From Candidatus Dojkabacteria bacterium (lineage in GTDB: Bacteria > Patescibacteriota > Dojkabacteria > SC72): a stretch of 64,000 bases of DNA. Numbering within the stretch: the first letter of the stretch is position 1; the number at the start of each line of letters is the position of its first letter. The stretch covers positions 104,574 to 168,573 of the forward strand of contig JAAZBX010000002.1 of NCBI GenBank assembly GCA_012513575.1, given 5' to 3'. Under the pieces are notes generated by a model. That model was not told where the DNA came from and searched no databases. It worked only from the letters and a program-made list of their open reading frames with translations. The translations under genes were made by a program, and so were the position numbers. Positions 49,617-58,960 of the stretch are shown piece by piece.

Positions 49617-49660
49617 GTCTTCTAAAAAGAGTAAAGTTTTGATAGAATTGTTGGATTAAT

Positions 49661-49737
49661 GGGAATATAGCTCAGGTGGTTAGAGCGCGGTTCTTATAAA
49701 GCCGTGGTCGGTGGTTCGAGTCCACCTATTCCCACCA
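49661..49737 (+). tRNA. tRNA-Ile(TAT/UAU), CCA encoded
   Basis: GGGAATA/TATTCCC acceptor, CGGTT-CTTATAA-AGCCG anticodon arm (TAT at 49695-49697), GGTTCGAGTCC, A73, CCA. Confidence 0.93.
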
Positions 49738-49750
49738 TAGAAAGATATCA

Positions 49751-50341
49751 ATGAGGAGATACAAAATATCACAAATGCAAGAAAAAGATATACCCGAAGT
49801 AATTAACTTTCACAATAATTATCTAGGGGAGAGAGATTTTATTAATGAAAGAGAGCTATTAGATAGGTTGGAATCAAATAGGGGCATTTTTCTTGTTGCA
49901 AAAGATGAGGATGAGAAAATAGTTGGAATTAAGCTTTCCTTTATAGAGAACGATGTATGCCTAGGAAGGGGAGTCGCAGTAGATAAAAATTTCAGGAGAT
50001 TAGGAATCGGAAAGGAGTTAGTAAGTATTTTTGAATTAGAGTTGAAAAAATTTCCAGGTGTAAAAAAGTATGTATTTGCTTCATCAACACAAGAAGGAGT
50101 TCCATTTCATATCAAATTGGGATACAAACCTTTAATATTACTGCAATCAGAAAACAATGTTCTGTTAGAGGGTATGGATTTTAATATGTTTACAGTTAGA
50201 GAGAAGCTGTTTAATAAAGAATACAATGTATATCAAGTATACCTAGAATCAGATAAGGAGCTTGATTTAAACTTTCTTTCAAAGATTAAAGCTCAATATC
50301 CGGAATTAGAAATTACCTATTTATTTGAAAAAATTCTTTAA
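49751..50341 (+). CDS. GNAT-family acetyltransferase with C-terminal extension
   Basis: VAVDKNFRRLGIGKEL acetyl-CoA motif; FHIKLGY. Confidence 0.88.
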   Translation: MRRYKISQMQEKDIPEVINFHNNYLGERDFINERELLDRLESNRGIFLVAKDEDEKIVGIKLSFIENDVCLGRGVAVDKNFRRLGIGKELVSIFELELKKFPGVKKYVFASSTQEGVPFHIKLGYKPLILLQSENNVLLEGMDFNMFTVREKLFNKEYNVYQVYLESDKELDLNFLSKIKAQYPELEITYLFEKIL

Positions 50342-51225
50342 AGTTCCTTTAGTGCTTTCTCCTCTTTGCCAACACTCTTAAGAATATTTAAATACTTCTC
50401 TGTTGTAGAGAGTCTCTTGTGTCCTACCAATTTTGAAACGGTTGGTAATCCTACACCATTGGCTAAGTGATGAGCAATAAAAGTATTTCTTAAATCATTA
50501 ACCTTCGCATTTTTTATTCCAGCTCTCTCAAACGACTTGTCTATTGCTGTCCTAATATTTCTAACAAGCAAGGGTCTTCCGTTCTTAGTAACAAAAACGG
50601 TATCATCCTCTGTCTCAGGCCTTACAAGAATGTAGTCATCTAATGCTTTCTTTGCTGATTTGTTTAGTGGAACTTTTCTTGAAGGATGGCTTCCTGCTGC
50701 TTTTATATAGAGAAAATCTATTTTCCCATCTTTTGATTTTCTAATATCTTCTATTGAAAGTGCTGCCAACTCTCCGATTCGTATCCCTGTTTGAAGTAAA
50801 ATCTCAACAATAGAGTAGAGCCTAATATCAACTCTACTTACATCTCTTAACGCCCTATACTCCATTTCTGATAGCACTCTAGGTGGCTTAAGTTCAAATC
50901 GGGGGTGAGCCAATTTTTCGGAAACGTTATCAGGAATATAACTATGATCTAGCAAATATCTGAAGAATGTCCTAGTGCTGTTAATTTTTCTAGATACACT
51001 TTTTGGGGTGTAATTATTGTCCTGTAGGTTTTGTCTATATCCCTCAAGGTCTTCAATTGTAACCTTGTCCAAGGAGTTAATTCCAATCTTGGAAAAGTAG
51101 TTTAGAAGCTGTTCTATGTCTTTGGCGTATGCAATGACTGTAGATTCAGAACGGTTTTTTGCTTCTAGATCTTTAGTAAATAGGTCAGCTTTATCCTTAA
51201 AATTAACATTGTTGATTCCGCTCAC
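50338..51225 (-). CDS. XerC/XerD-like tyrosine recombinase
   Basis: RSESTVIAY SAM-like domain, TGIRIGE, NDLRNTF, LVGH, TTEKY. Confidence 0.9.
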   Translation of the reverse strand: MSGINNVNFKDKADLFTKDLEAKNRSESTVIAYAKDIEQLLNYFSKIGINSLDKVTIEDLEGYRQNLQDNNYTPKSVSRKINSTRTFFRYLLDHSYIPDNVSEKLAHPRFELKPPRVLSEMEYRALRDVSRVDIRLYSIVEILLQTGIRIGELAALSIEDIRKSKDGKIDFLYIKAAGSHPSRKVPLNKSAKKALDDYILVRPETEDDTVFVTKNGRPLLVRNIRTAIDKSFERAGIKNAKVNDLRNTFIAHHLANGVGLPTVSKLVGHKRLSTTEKYLNILKSVGKEEKALKEL

Positions 51226-51374
51226 GATTACTTTTGGCTCAATTTAAGGGGCATTTGTTTAATATAGAGTAATTATATCACCACTCATGTGGGAGGGCAA
51301 TAGTAATTGTATATGGGTCAGTTGCTCTTTTGGTCGTACTGGTCTCTTTTCTGTTTTTAATATATATTTGACTA

Positions 51375-51830
51375 ATGGATAGAGTAATTTACAAACCCAA
51401 AAAAGATTTCATAAACAACGAAGAAGAGAAAAGCAAGAATCCTATAAATTCTGTTATAGGGAACTCTTTCGTAAAGATTGTTTTAATAGGTGTTTCACTA
51501 TTTCTTTTTTACAGTATATATAATTCGGTTATAATTACATATCAAAAAATTGAAATCTCTAAACATGCGAGAGAGGAAGTCGATAAACTTAGATTGGAAA
51601 ATTTGAAGTTAGCTCTTTCTCTTGAATCAATGAGTTCACAAGAGTATATAGAAGTTCAGGCCAGAGACAGATTAAATTTTTCTGGTAGTGATGAATATAT
51701 TTTTGTAATACCTGATAGTACTCTAAAATCAGCACAGGAACAGATTCAGGTGTTTTTCTCTGAACCAGAAGAGAAGACAGATACTCAAGTATATGAGGTA
51801 TGGATTGATTTTCTTAAAAACGGTATTTGA
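51375..51830 (+). CDS. FtsB/DivIC-like septum formation initiator
   Basis: TM, coiled coil, EYIEVQARDRLNF...EYIFVIP. Confidence 0.8.
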   Translation: MDRVIYKPKKDFINNEEEKSKNPINSVIGNSFVKIVLIGVSLFLFYSIYNSVIITYQKIEISKHAREEVDKLRLENLKLALSLESMSSQEYIEVQARDRLNFSGSDEYIFVIPDSTLKSAQEQIQVFFSEPEEKTDTQVYEVWIDFLKNGI

Positions 51831-51871
51831 ATACATTATATAAAAGGGTTATAATGACTTCATATCGCTAA

Positions 51872-51946
51872 CGCGGGGTAGAGCAGTGGAAGCTCGTTAG
51901 GCTCATAACCTAAAGGTCGTCGGTTCGAGTCCGACCCCCGCAACCA
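51872..51946 (+). tRNA. Initiator tRNA-fMet(CAT)
   Basis: CGCGGGG...CCCCGCAACCA with C1:A72 mismatch; TTAGG-CTCATAA-CCTAA. Confidence 0.95.
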
Positions 51947-52087
51947 TTTTCTCCATCTATTTATACTAGACAACAATTTCTTTACAGATTTCTTTTTTTA
52001 GTCAAAAAAATACAATGTCTATTGTAAAATTATATATATCAAGCTACCATTGTTTTGTAATAAATATATAAGTTTATTATTAACAAA

Positions 52088-52555
52088 ATGAAAATATCAG
52101 TAGTGTATGACTCAAAGTTTGGTAATACTCAAAAGATAGCAGAAACGATAAAAGAAGTTGTTGAAAGGGGAAATGAAGTTAAAGTAATTCATGTTACGGA
52201 TACAAAGATAAAGGATATTGAGAGCCCCGATATAGTAATAATAGGTTCACCAACTCATGCGGGGAATGTATCAGAAGCAACGAAGGTACTTCTTAATATG
52301 ATTCCTAAGGACTCGTTAAAAAATAAGCCTTTTGCAGTATTTGATACAAGTGTTGCTTCTTTTGGTCAGAATATCTTTATGAAAGGTATTATCAAATTTT
52401 TTGGCTATTCAGCTCCTAAGATGGCAAACGTATTGAAGAAAAGAGGGGCAAAGATAGTTTCGATTCAGTCTTTCTTTGTAATGGGAATGAAAGGCCCTTT
52501 AAAAGAAGATGAAATAAAACGAGTAAAAAATTGGGCTAAAGGTATAATTGAGTAA
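52088..52555 (+). CDS. Flavodoxin-like protein
   Basis: YDSKFGNTQKIA, IGSPT, AVFDT. Confidence 0.9.
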   Translation: MKISVVYDSKFGNTQKIAETIKEVVERGNEVKVIHVTDTKIKDIESPDIVIIGSPTHAGNVSEATKVLLNMIPKDSLKNKPFAVFDTSVASFGQNIFMKGIIKFFGYSAPKMANVLKKRGAKIVSIQSFFVMGMKGPLKEDEIKRVKNWAKGIIE

Positions 52556-53486
52556 TATGATAACAGTAACAGGATATATAAACCCTGACATCGATTGTGT
52601 CGCCTGTTCAATAGGGTATGCTGAGTTTCTAAGAAAAGGTCTTAAAGAAGCTCAAGCAGTATATTCTGGGGATATAGGAAAAGAGTCTGAATTTGTAAAA
52701 AAATACTTGGGGTATTTAAGTATTCTGCATGTATCTGGGGGACTTGAAGAGGATCAGATTGTATTGGTGGACACTTCAGACGTTGAATCAATAGATTTAA
52801 GCATTAAAAAGGAGAATATCATCGAAGTTATTGACCATCGAAAGCTTTCATATATTCATGATTTCCCCAAGGCGAAGATGCAAATAGATTTGGTTGGCTC
52901 TTGTGCGACATTAATTACTGAGAGATTTCATGATAATGGCATTATCCCATCGAAAGAATCCGTGATACTGCTTTTCTCTGCAATAGTGTCTAATACTGTA
53001 AATTTTATGAGTAATGTAACAACACAAAGGGACAAAGACATGGCGAATTGGCTAAAAAAATATGCAAATATCCCTCAAGATTATATCTCAGATATGTTTG
53101 AATATAAGTCAGAAATAAACAGGAAAAACATTGAGGAGGTATTAACAGAGGAGTTTAAGCAGTATACAATTTTGGGTAAAAAAATTGGAATAGTGCAATT
53201 AGAGATAACCGAAGCTATTCGTAGGGTCTCAGAATTGGAAAATGACCTAAGGGAGAAGCTTTGTAAAATTAAGAGTGATAAGGAGTTAGATTATTTGCTT
53301 TTGTCTTGTGTAGATATTAAAGAAGGATTTAATTATTTCTTAACAATAGATTCGGAGTCCTCAGATTTTTTTGAAAAGGCCCTTGGAATTACCGCTGTTT
53401 ATGATGGTGTAAAGTCGGAGGGTATTTATATGAGAAAGGAGATATATCCAAAATTAGTAAAGTATTTAGAAGACAGAAAGTATTGA
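52548..53486 (+). CDS. DHH-family, family II (Mn-dependent) pyrophosphatase-like protein
   Basis: NPDID, IVLVD, VIDHR, VGSCAT, SNTVNF, C-terminal MRKE..P. Confidence 0.8.
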   Translation: MSNMITVTGYINPDIDCVACSIGYAEFLRKGLKEAQAVYSGDIGKESEFVKKYLGYLSILHVSGGLEEDQIVLVDTSDVESIDLSIKKENIIEVIDHRKLSYIHDFPKAKMQIDLVGSCATLITERFHDNGIIPSKESVILLFSAIVSNTVNFMSNVTTQRDKDMANWLKKYANIPQDYISDMFEYKSEINRKNIEEVLTEEFKQYTILGKKIGIVQLEITEAIRRVSELENDLREKLCKIKSDKELDYLLLSCVDIKEGFNYFLTIDSESSDFFEKALGITAVYDGVKSEGIYMRKEIYPKLVKYLEDRKY

Positions 53487-53541
53487 TTAACAATGTTTCT
53501 GGTGCTAGAATAGCCCTTGTTTAATTGTCAACCATCACTAT

Positions 53542-54099
53542 ATGCCAATTACCGCACAACCTGTTAAAGGAATGTATCTTCTTGAAGAGGGAAGAGTCTT
53601 TATCTTGCAAGATAGAAAATTAAAGACCCAAGGCAGACAGGGAGGGTTGATTATTCTTAAGATGAAAGCTTTGGATAGTGGACAAATTGTTACTAAAACA
53701 ATTAAGGCTGGTGCCAAGGTGGAATATATTGAGCCTGAGACAAAAGAGGTTCAGTTTCTTTACTCTGATAGCGAAGGTTCATTCTTTATGGATTCGGAGA
53801 CCTTTGAGACAATTATGATTCCCAAAGATGTTATAGGTAGTTATGTACAATTTCTTAAGGAAGGAGAATCTGTTTTGGTTATGCTTTTTGATGGTAAAAT
53901 TCTCTCAGTAAAAGAGCAGCCTTCTGTGTCTCTTAAAGTTATAGAATCTAGTGATGCAGTAAGAGGGAATACTTCCAACTCTGCAACTAAAGAGATTGTT
54001 TTAGAGACAGGCTACAAGGTACATGTCCCATTGTTCATAAAAGTAGGGGATGTGCTGAAGATAAATACTGAAACAGGAGCCTATTCAGGGAAGGCTTAA
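53542..54099 (+). CDS. efp: Elongation factor P
   Basis: QFLYSD, FMDSETFE, RGNT, LETG..VHVPLFI..GD..INTETG. Confidence 0.93.
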   Translation: MPITAQPVKGMYLLEEGRVFILQDRKLKTQGRQGGLIILKMKALDSGQIVTKTIKAGAKVEYIEPETKEVQFLYSDSEGSFFMDSETFETIMIPKDVIGSYVQFLKEGESVLVMLFDGKILSVKEQPSVSLKVIESSDAVRGNTSNSATKEIVLETGYKVHVPLFIKVGDVLKINTETGAYSGKA

Positions 54100-54162
54100 T
54101 CAAGTCTGAGAGGCTCTTCTGGTTGGTAAGTAATACATTTCTTTGGTATAATCAATATGCTC

Positions 54163-54236
54163 GGTGGGATAGCTCAGTCGGTTAGAGCATGGGATTCATA
54201 AACCCAAGGTCGGTGGTTCGATTCCACTTCCCACCA
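54163..54236 (+). tRNA. tRNA with CAT anticodon, probably elongator Met; CCA not encoded
   Basis: GGTGGGA/TCCCACC acceptor, TGGGA-TTCATAA-ACCCA anticodon arm, GGTTCGATTCC. Confidence 0.88.
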
Positions 54237-54276
54237 TACATTTTTTGTGTTTTACCTAATTTTGATTACTCATAAG

Positions 54277-56163
54277 ATGGAAGATAAAAGAAAAAAACAG
54301 GTTAAGGGGAAAAAGGACAATGTATATGTTGTTGATATTAGGAAATTACCTAAAGGAAAAATGCTCAAAATCTCTAGTTTTGGTGTAATTCTTCTAATTA
54401 CATTGCTTCTTTCAGCAGTTGTGTTTTTGTATAGAGCATTCTCTTACAAGGGAGAGGAAGTATCGGTAAGTAAGATAGTCTCTGAGATTTCTCAGAAAAA
54501 TTACGAGAAGATAATACTTAGGGATGATATGGTTGTTCTTGAGCAAAAAGAGGAGATAGATGGGAAGCCAGTTGTGATAAAAAAGTTCGCGATGATTCCA
54601 GTCAAAATGGATTTCTATCAAGTTCTTTCCGATTCTGATATTGATATCAAAGAATTAGGAGATGATTTCTATGAGCCGAAAGTTGGCATTACATTTGGGG
54701 ATGTAATAACGCTAGTTTTCTTTGGTTCTGTTTTGGTTTTTGGATACATGATGATTAAAAATATGCAAGCTCAAGGAGGGAAAATAATGGATTTTGGAGA
54801 GAGCAAAGCAAGATTACTCTTTGGGAAAAAGACGGGTATCTCGTTTGATGATGTCGCAGGAGTTGATGATTCAAAACAGGAACTTACTGAGATTGTAGAT
54901 TTTCTAAAAAATCCGAAGAAATATAGAGATTTAGGAGCTAGAATCCCAAAGGGGGTACTTCTTGCAGGTGCTCCAGGAACGGGTAAAACACTTTTAGCAA
55001 AAGCTGTAGCTGGTGAAGCAGAGGTTCCATTTTTCCATACATCAGGTTCTGAATTTGAAGAAATGCTTGTTGGAGCCGGAGCATCAAGGGTAAGAGATCT
55101 GTTTAAGAAAGCCAGAAAAGCTGCCCCGTGTATCATTTTCATTGACGAGATTGATGCTGTGGCCAAAAAGAGAGGTACAGTTCTTCATTCTGGGGCAGGT
55201 GAGCAAACATTAAATCAGATTTTGGTTGAAATGGATGGGTTGGAAGATAGGGAGAATGTAATTGTTCTTGCAGCAACAAACAGGCCAGATGTTCTTGACC
55301 CGGCAATTTTGCGACCAGGAAGGTTTGATAGAATGGTTGTTGTTCATATGCCAGATGCTCAGGGGAGAAAAGAAATTCTTGAAGTTCATGCAAAGAACAA
55401 AAAGTTTGCAAAGGATGTAGATTTAGGAACATTGGCCAAGAAAACAATTGGATATTCAGGTGCAGATTTAGAAAATATCTTGAACGAGGCAGCGATAATG
55501 GCTGCTCAAGATGGGGACAAAGAAATAGGGCAGGATGATCTTGCAGAGGCATTCCTTAAGGTAAAACTTGGTAGAAAGAAGAATCCGGAGAAAGAGCAAG
55601 AAGATTTAAAGAAGACTGCATATCATGAAGCTGGGCATGCAATTGTTGCGAAATTTACACCTGCTTCTGATCCAGTTGAACAGGTTTCAATTATCCCAAG
55701 AGGGATGTCAGGGGGTGTTACGGTATACTTACCAGAGAAGGAAAGAAAAACTCTTTACAGGAATCAGATGTTAGCATGGTTAAGAAGTGGTGTGGCTGGA
55801 AGAGCCTCTGAGGATTTGTTCCTTGACGATATCTCCTCTGGTGCATCGGCAGATATTGAGCAAGCAACTGAGGTTGCAAAGGAAATGGTAATGAAGTACG
55901 GAATGAGTGAAAAACTTGGAATGGTAAAGTATGGAGATTTAGATGAGACTACACATTTGGGATATTCATATGGGGGTGGAAGGGATTTCAGTGAGGAGAC
56001 AGCAAAAATGATTGATGCAGAAGTGAAACGTTTAATTAGTGAGGCATACGAAGATGCTAAGAAGGTGCTTACTGAACATAAGGAGGATGTTGAGAAATTA
56101 GTAGCTGTTCTTCTTGAGAAAGAAGTTGTAACCAGAGAGGAATTTGATGCTCTCTTTGTGTAG
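54277..56163 (+). CDS. ftsH: ATP-dependent zinc metalloprotease FtsH
   Basis: 2 TM, GAPGTGKT, IFIDEID, RPGRFDR, HEAGH. Confidence 0.97.
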   Translation: MEDKRKKQVKGKKDNVYVVDIRKLPKGKMLKISSFGVILLITLLLSAVVFLYRAFSYKGEEVSVSKIVSEISQKNYEKIILRDDMVVLEQKEEIDGKPVVIKKFAMIPVKMDFYQVLSDSDIDIKELGDDFYEPKVGITFGDVITLVFFGSVLVFGYMMIKNMQAQGGKIMDFGESKARLLFGKKTGISFDDVAGVDDSKQELTEIVDFLKNPKKYRDLGARIPKGVLLAGAPGTGKTLLAKAVAGEAEVPFFHTSGSEFEEMLVGAGASRVRDLFKKARKAAPCIIFIDEIDAVAKKRGTVLHSGAGEQTLNQILVEMDGLEDRENVIVLAATNRPDVLDPAILRPGRFDRMVVVHMPDAQGRKEILEVHAKNKKFAKDVDLGTLAKKTIGYSGADLENILNEAAIMAAQDGDKEIGQDDLAEAFLKVKLGRKKNPEKEQEDLKKTAYHEAGHAIVAKFTPASDPVEQVSIIPRGMSGGVTVYLPEKERKTLYRNQMLAWLRSGVAGRASEDLFLDDISSGASADIEQATEVAKEMVMKYGMSEKLGMVKYGDLDETTHLGYSYGGGRDFSEETAKMIDAEVKRLISEAYEDAKKVLTEHKEDVEKLVAVLLEKEVVTREEFDALFV

Positions 56164-56180
56164 TTAGTGTAGAATACAGT

Positions 56181-58853
56181 ATGAACTTAGTTAAAACATC
56201 TAAGCAAAGGTTTCTTGCAATTGATGCCAATGCAATTGTGCACAGAGCTTTTCATGCATATCCTGCAAGTCTTCAAACAGAAAACGGGATCCAAGTTAAT
56301 GCCGCCTATGGCTTTACAGTAATGCTTCTTGAAGCTTTGGATATGTTTGAACCGGAATATGTTCTTTGTTCTTTTGATACAGCCAAGCCAACCTTTAGGC
56401 ATGTCGAATTTCAAGAATACAAGGGGACTAGGAAGCCAACGGACCAGTCATTAATTGACCAATTTCCAATTGTTGAAGAAATATTAACAGCTTTTAATAT
56501 CCCAATTTTGAAGAAGGAAGGGTTTGAAGCTGATGATGTTCTAGGAACCATCTCCAAATATGTTAGAGAAGGAAAATGGAGTAACGAAAATATCGAGCTT
56601 TACATCTTAAGTGGTGACAGAGACCTTTTGCAGCTGGTATCCGACAATGTAAAAGTATGTCTTCCACAAGGAAATTTCAAGAACTTGATTGCATATGACA
56701 GGGATGAAACAAAGAAGAAATTTCATATGTATCCGGAGCAGATTGTTGATTACAAAGGCATGGCTGGAGATGCTTCAGACAATATCCCCGGAGTTAAAGG
56801 GGTGGGGAGTAAGACGGCCATAGAACTTTTAAGCAGATATGGAAGTTTAGATGAAATCTACAAAAATCTCTCAGAGGTAAAATCAAGATATGCGCTTCTT
56901 CTTAGGGAGGGAGTGGAGCAGGCAGAAATGAGCAGGAGACTTGCGAAAATTGATCAAAATGTTGATATACAAATCAAACTTGAAAATTGTTTGCTTAGAG
57001 ACTTTAACAAATCTGAAGTTTTGGAGGTATTTCATAAATATTCATTTAGGTCACTCATTACGAAGATTGACAAATTGAAGAAGGATGAACAGAAGTCCAT
57101 AACTACCCAATTAGATATTTTTTCATCAAATCAACCAGAAGTAGAATGGACAAAAGATTTGGATGCAAAAGATATTGTGAAAGACGCAGAGAAAATATTA
57201 ATTGCATATATTGATGAAAATGAATCAGCTCTGGAGAGGGGTTTCTTTCTTCTCCGAAAATTTGTTAATTCCTCAAATTTTGAAGACTACCTTCTTGAGG
57301 ATATTGAACAGATAATTGGATGTGATTGTGAGAAAGTAGTCTACAATCTTGAAGGAATTCTTTCTGATGTTGGAGAACCTAAAGGTTCACTTTTCGACTT
57401 AGGTTTCTTTGCTCACCTAATTAATTCTGAAAGAAGGGGATATTTACTCAAGGATTTGGCTTTTGATTACTCATCTTTTATGTTTGGGGAGAAAATACAT
57501 CCGTCAGAAATAAAGAAAGTTTTAGATTCAATCGGTGAGATTCAACAAACTCAAATAAACAAGGCAAACAAAATAGAGTTGTACGAATATACAAAGAAAT
57601 GTATGAGGGACATTCTCAGAATAGAGAAGGATTACTTCCTTCAGAGTCTGGAGAAAATAGAAATACCAATTTCTATGGTTCTTTCTAAAATGGAAAAAAG
57701 AGGAATAAAGATTGATATCGATTGGTTGAAAAGTTTGGATGTAGAGCTTTCTAAAGCTATAGAAATGGTGAAAAAAGAGATATTTGAATCAGTTGGCCAT
57801 GAATTCAATATTAATTCTCCTAAACAGCTTTCAGATGTGCTTTTTTCCGAATTGAAACTTCCAGATAGAAAGAAGGGTTCAACCAGAGAAACGGTATTAG
57901 ATCTATTGAAAGGTACCCATCCTGTTGTAGAAAATATTCTTGAATATCGTGAATTAAGTAAAATTCATACTACATATGTACGACCTTTGCTTGAGTTAGG
58001 AGAGATGAATGAAGATAGTACAATTCATACTGATTTTAAACAAACAGGAACCTCCTCTGGGAGGCTTTCCTCAGTTAACCCAAATATGCAAAATATTCCC
58101 ATAAAAGGAGAGTGGGCAGAGAAGATTAGAAAATCTTTTGTTGCAAGAAATGGTTTTAAATTACTTGGCATGGATTACTCTCAGATGGAGTTAAGGGTAC
58201 TTGCGGATATGTCAGAGGATGAGCTGTTAATTGAGGATTTTCAAAATGATGTGGATATTCACAAGGCAACAGCAAGTAGAATATTAAAGAAGGATGTTGA
58301 GGAAATTACTAAAAAGGAAAGAAGTTTAGGTAAAACTGTTAATTTTGGGATACTTTTTGGCCAAACGGCGTTTGGATTAGCTAATATGCTTAAAATTGAT
58401 AACGATGTGGCATCTGGGTATATCCAAAACTATTTTCAACACTATACAGGCGTTGAGGAGTACATGAGATCTTTGGAGAAAGAAGCGTACAAGAGAGGGT
58501 ATGTGCAAACAATGTTCGGTACGACAAGGTGGATTAAAGGTATCAAATCAAGGAACATCCGATTGATGAGAGCTGCCCAGAGAGAGGCTATTAATATGCC
58601 TATACAGGGAGGAGAGGCTGATATTATGAAATATGCAATGATTCAATTAGATCAGATGATAGAGGAAAAATTTAAGAATGAGGCGTTTATACTACTTCAG
58701 ATTCATGACGAGCTTATTTTTGAAGTTATGGAGGGGAGAGTTAAGGAGTTTGAAGAAGAGGCCAAGAAGATTATGAGAGAAGCAGTTTCATTAAATGTTC
58801 ATCTTGATGTTAGTTCTGCTATTGGAGAGAATATGGCTGAGTTAAAAAGCTAA
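56181..58853 (+). CDS. polA: DNA polymerase I
   Basis: 5'-3' exo EADD and GDASDNIPGV; DYSQMELR motif A, KTVNFGILFG motif B, QIHDEL motif C. Confidence 0.98.
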   Translation: MNLVKTSKQRFLAIDANAIVHRAFHAYPASLQTENGIQVNAAYGFTVMLLEALDMFEPEYVLCSFDTAKPTFRHVEFQEYKGTRKPTDQSLIDQFPIVEEILTAFNIPILKKEGFEADDVLGTISKYVREGKWSNENIELYILSGDRDLLQLVSDNVKVCLPQGNFKNLIAYDRDETKKKFHMYPEQIVDYKGMAGDASDNIPGVKGVGSKTAIELLSRYGSLDEIYKNLSEVKSRYALLLREGVEQAEMSRRLAKIDQNVDIQIKLENCLLRDFNKSEVLEVFHKYSFRSLITKIDKLKKDEQKSITTQLDIFSSNQPEVEWTKDLDAKDIVKDAEKILIAYIDENESALERGFFLLRKFVNSSNFEDYLLEDIEQIIGCDCEKVVYNLEGILSDVGEPKGSLFDLGFFAHLINSERRGYLLKDLAFDYSSFMFGEKIHPSEIKKVLDSIGEIQQTQINKANKIELYEYTKKCMRDILRIEKDYFLQSLEKIEIPISMVLSKMEKRGIKIDIDWLKSLDVELSKAIEMVKKEIFESVGHEFNINSPKQLSDVLFSELKLPDRKKGSTRETVLDLLKGTHPVVENILEYRELSKIHTTYVRPLLELGEMNEDSTIHTDFKQTGTSSGRLSSVNPNMQNIPIKGEWAEKIRKSFVARNGFKLLGMDYSQMELRVLADMSEDELLIEDFQNDVDIHKATASRILKKDVEEITKKERSLGKTVNFGILFGQTAFGLANMLKIDNDVASGYIQNYFQHYTGVEEYMRSLEKEAYKRGYVQTMFGTTRWIKGIKSRNIRLMRAAQREAINMPIQGGEADIMKYAMIQLDQMIEEKFKNEAFILLQIHDELIFEVMEGRVKEFEEEAKKIMREAVSLNVHLDVSSAIGENMAELKS

Positions 58854-58876
58854 ATTACACACTTTTTAAGAAAACC

Positions 58877-58906
58877 TTGCATTAATCCTACACAGTTGGA
58901 TATAAT
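58877..58906 (+). promoter_or_regulatory. sigma70-type promoter of the HNH gene
   Basis: TTGCAT 58877-58882, 18-nt spacer, TATAAT 58901-58906. Confidence 0.6.
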
Positions 58907-58960
58907 CCGACAGAGCGATAGGGAAACCTGTTCTTAAAAACCTAGAATAAAGGAGATAAC

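Noticed and set aside
49661-51946. Integrative element bounded by tRNA-Ile and tRNA-fMet around the recombinase
   Set aside because: No duplicated tRNA 3' end; the interval contains a housekeeping FtsB-like gene and the recombinase has Xer size and architecture
54163-54236. tRNA-Ile2(CAU)
   Set aside because: A UAU Ile tRNA is present and this sequence looks more like elongator Met; not fully excluded without isotype-specific models
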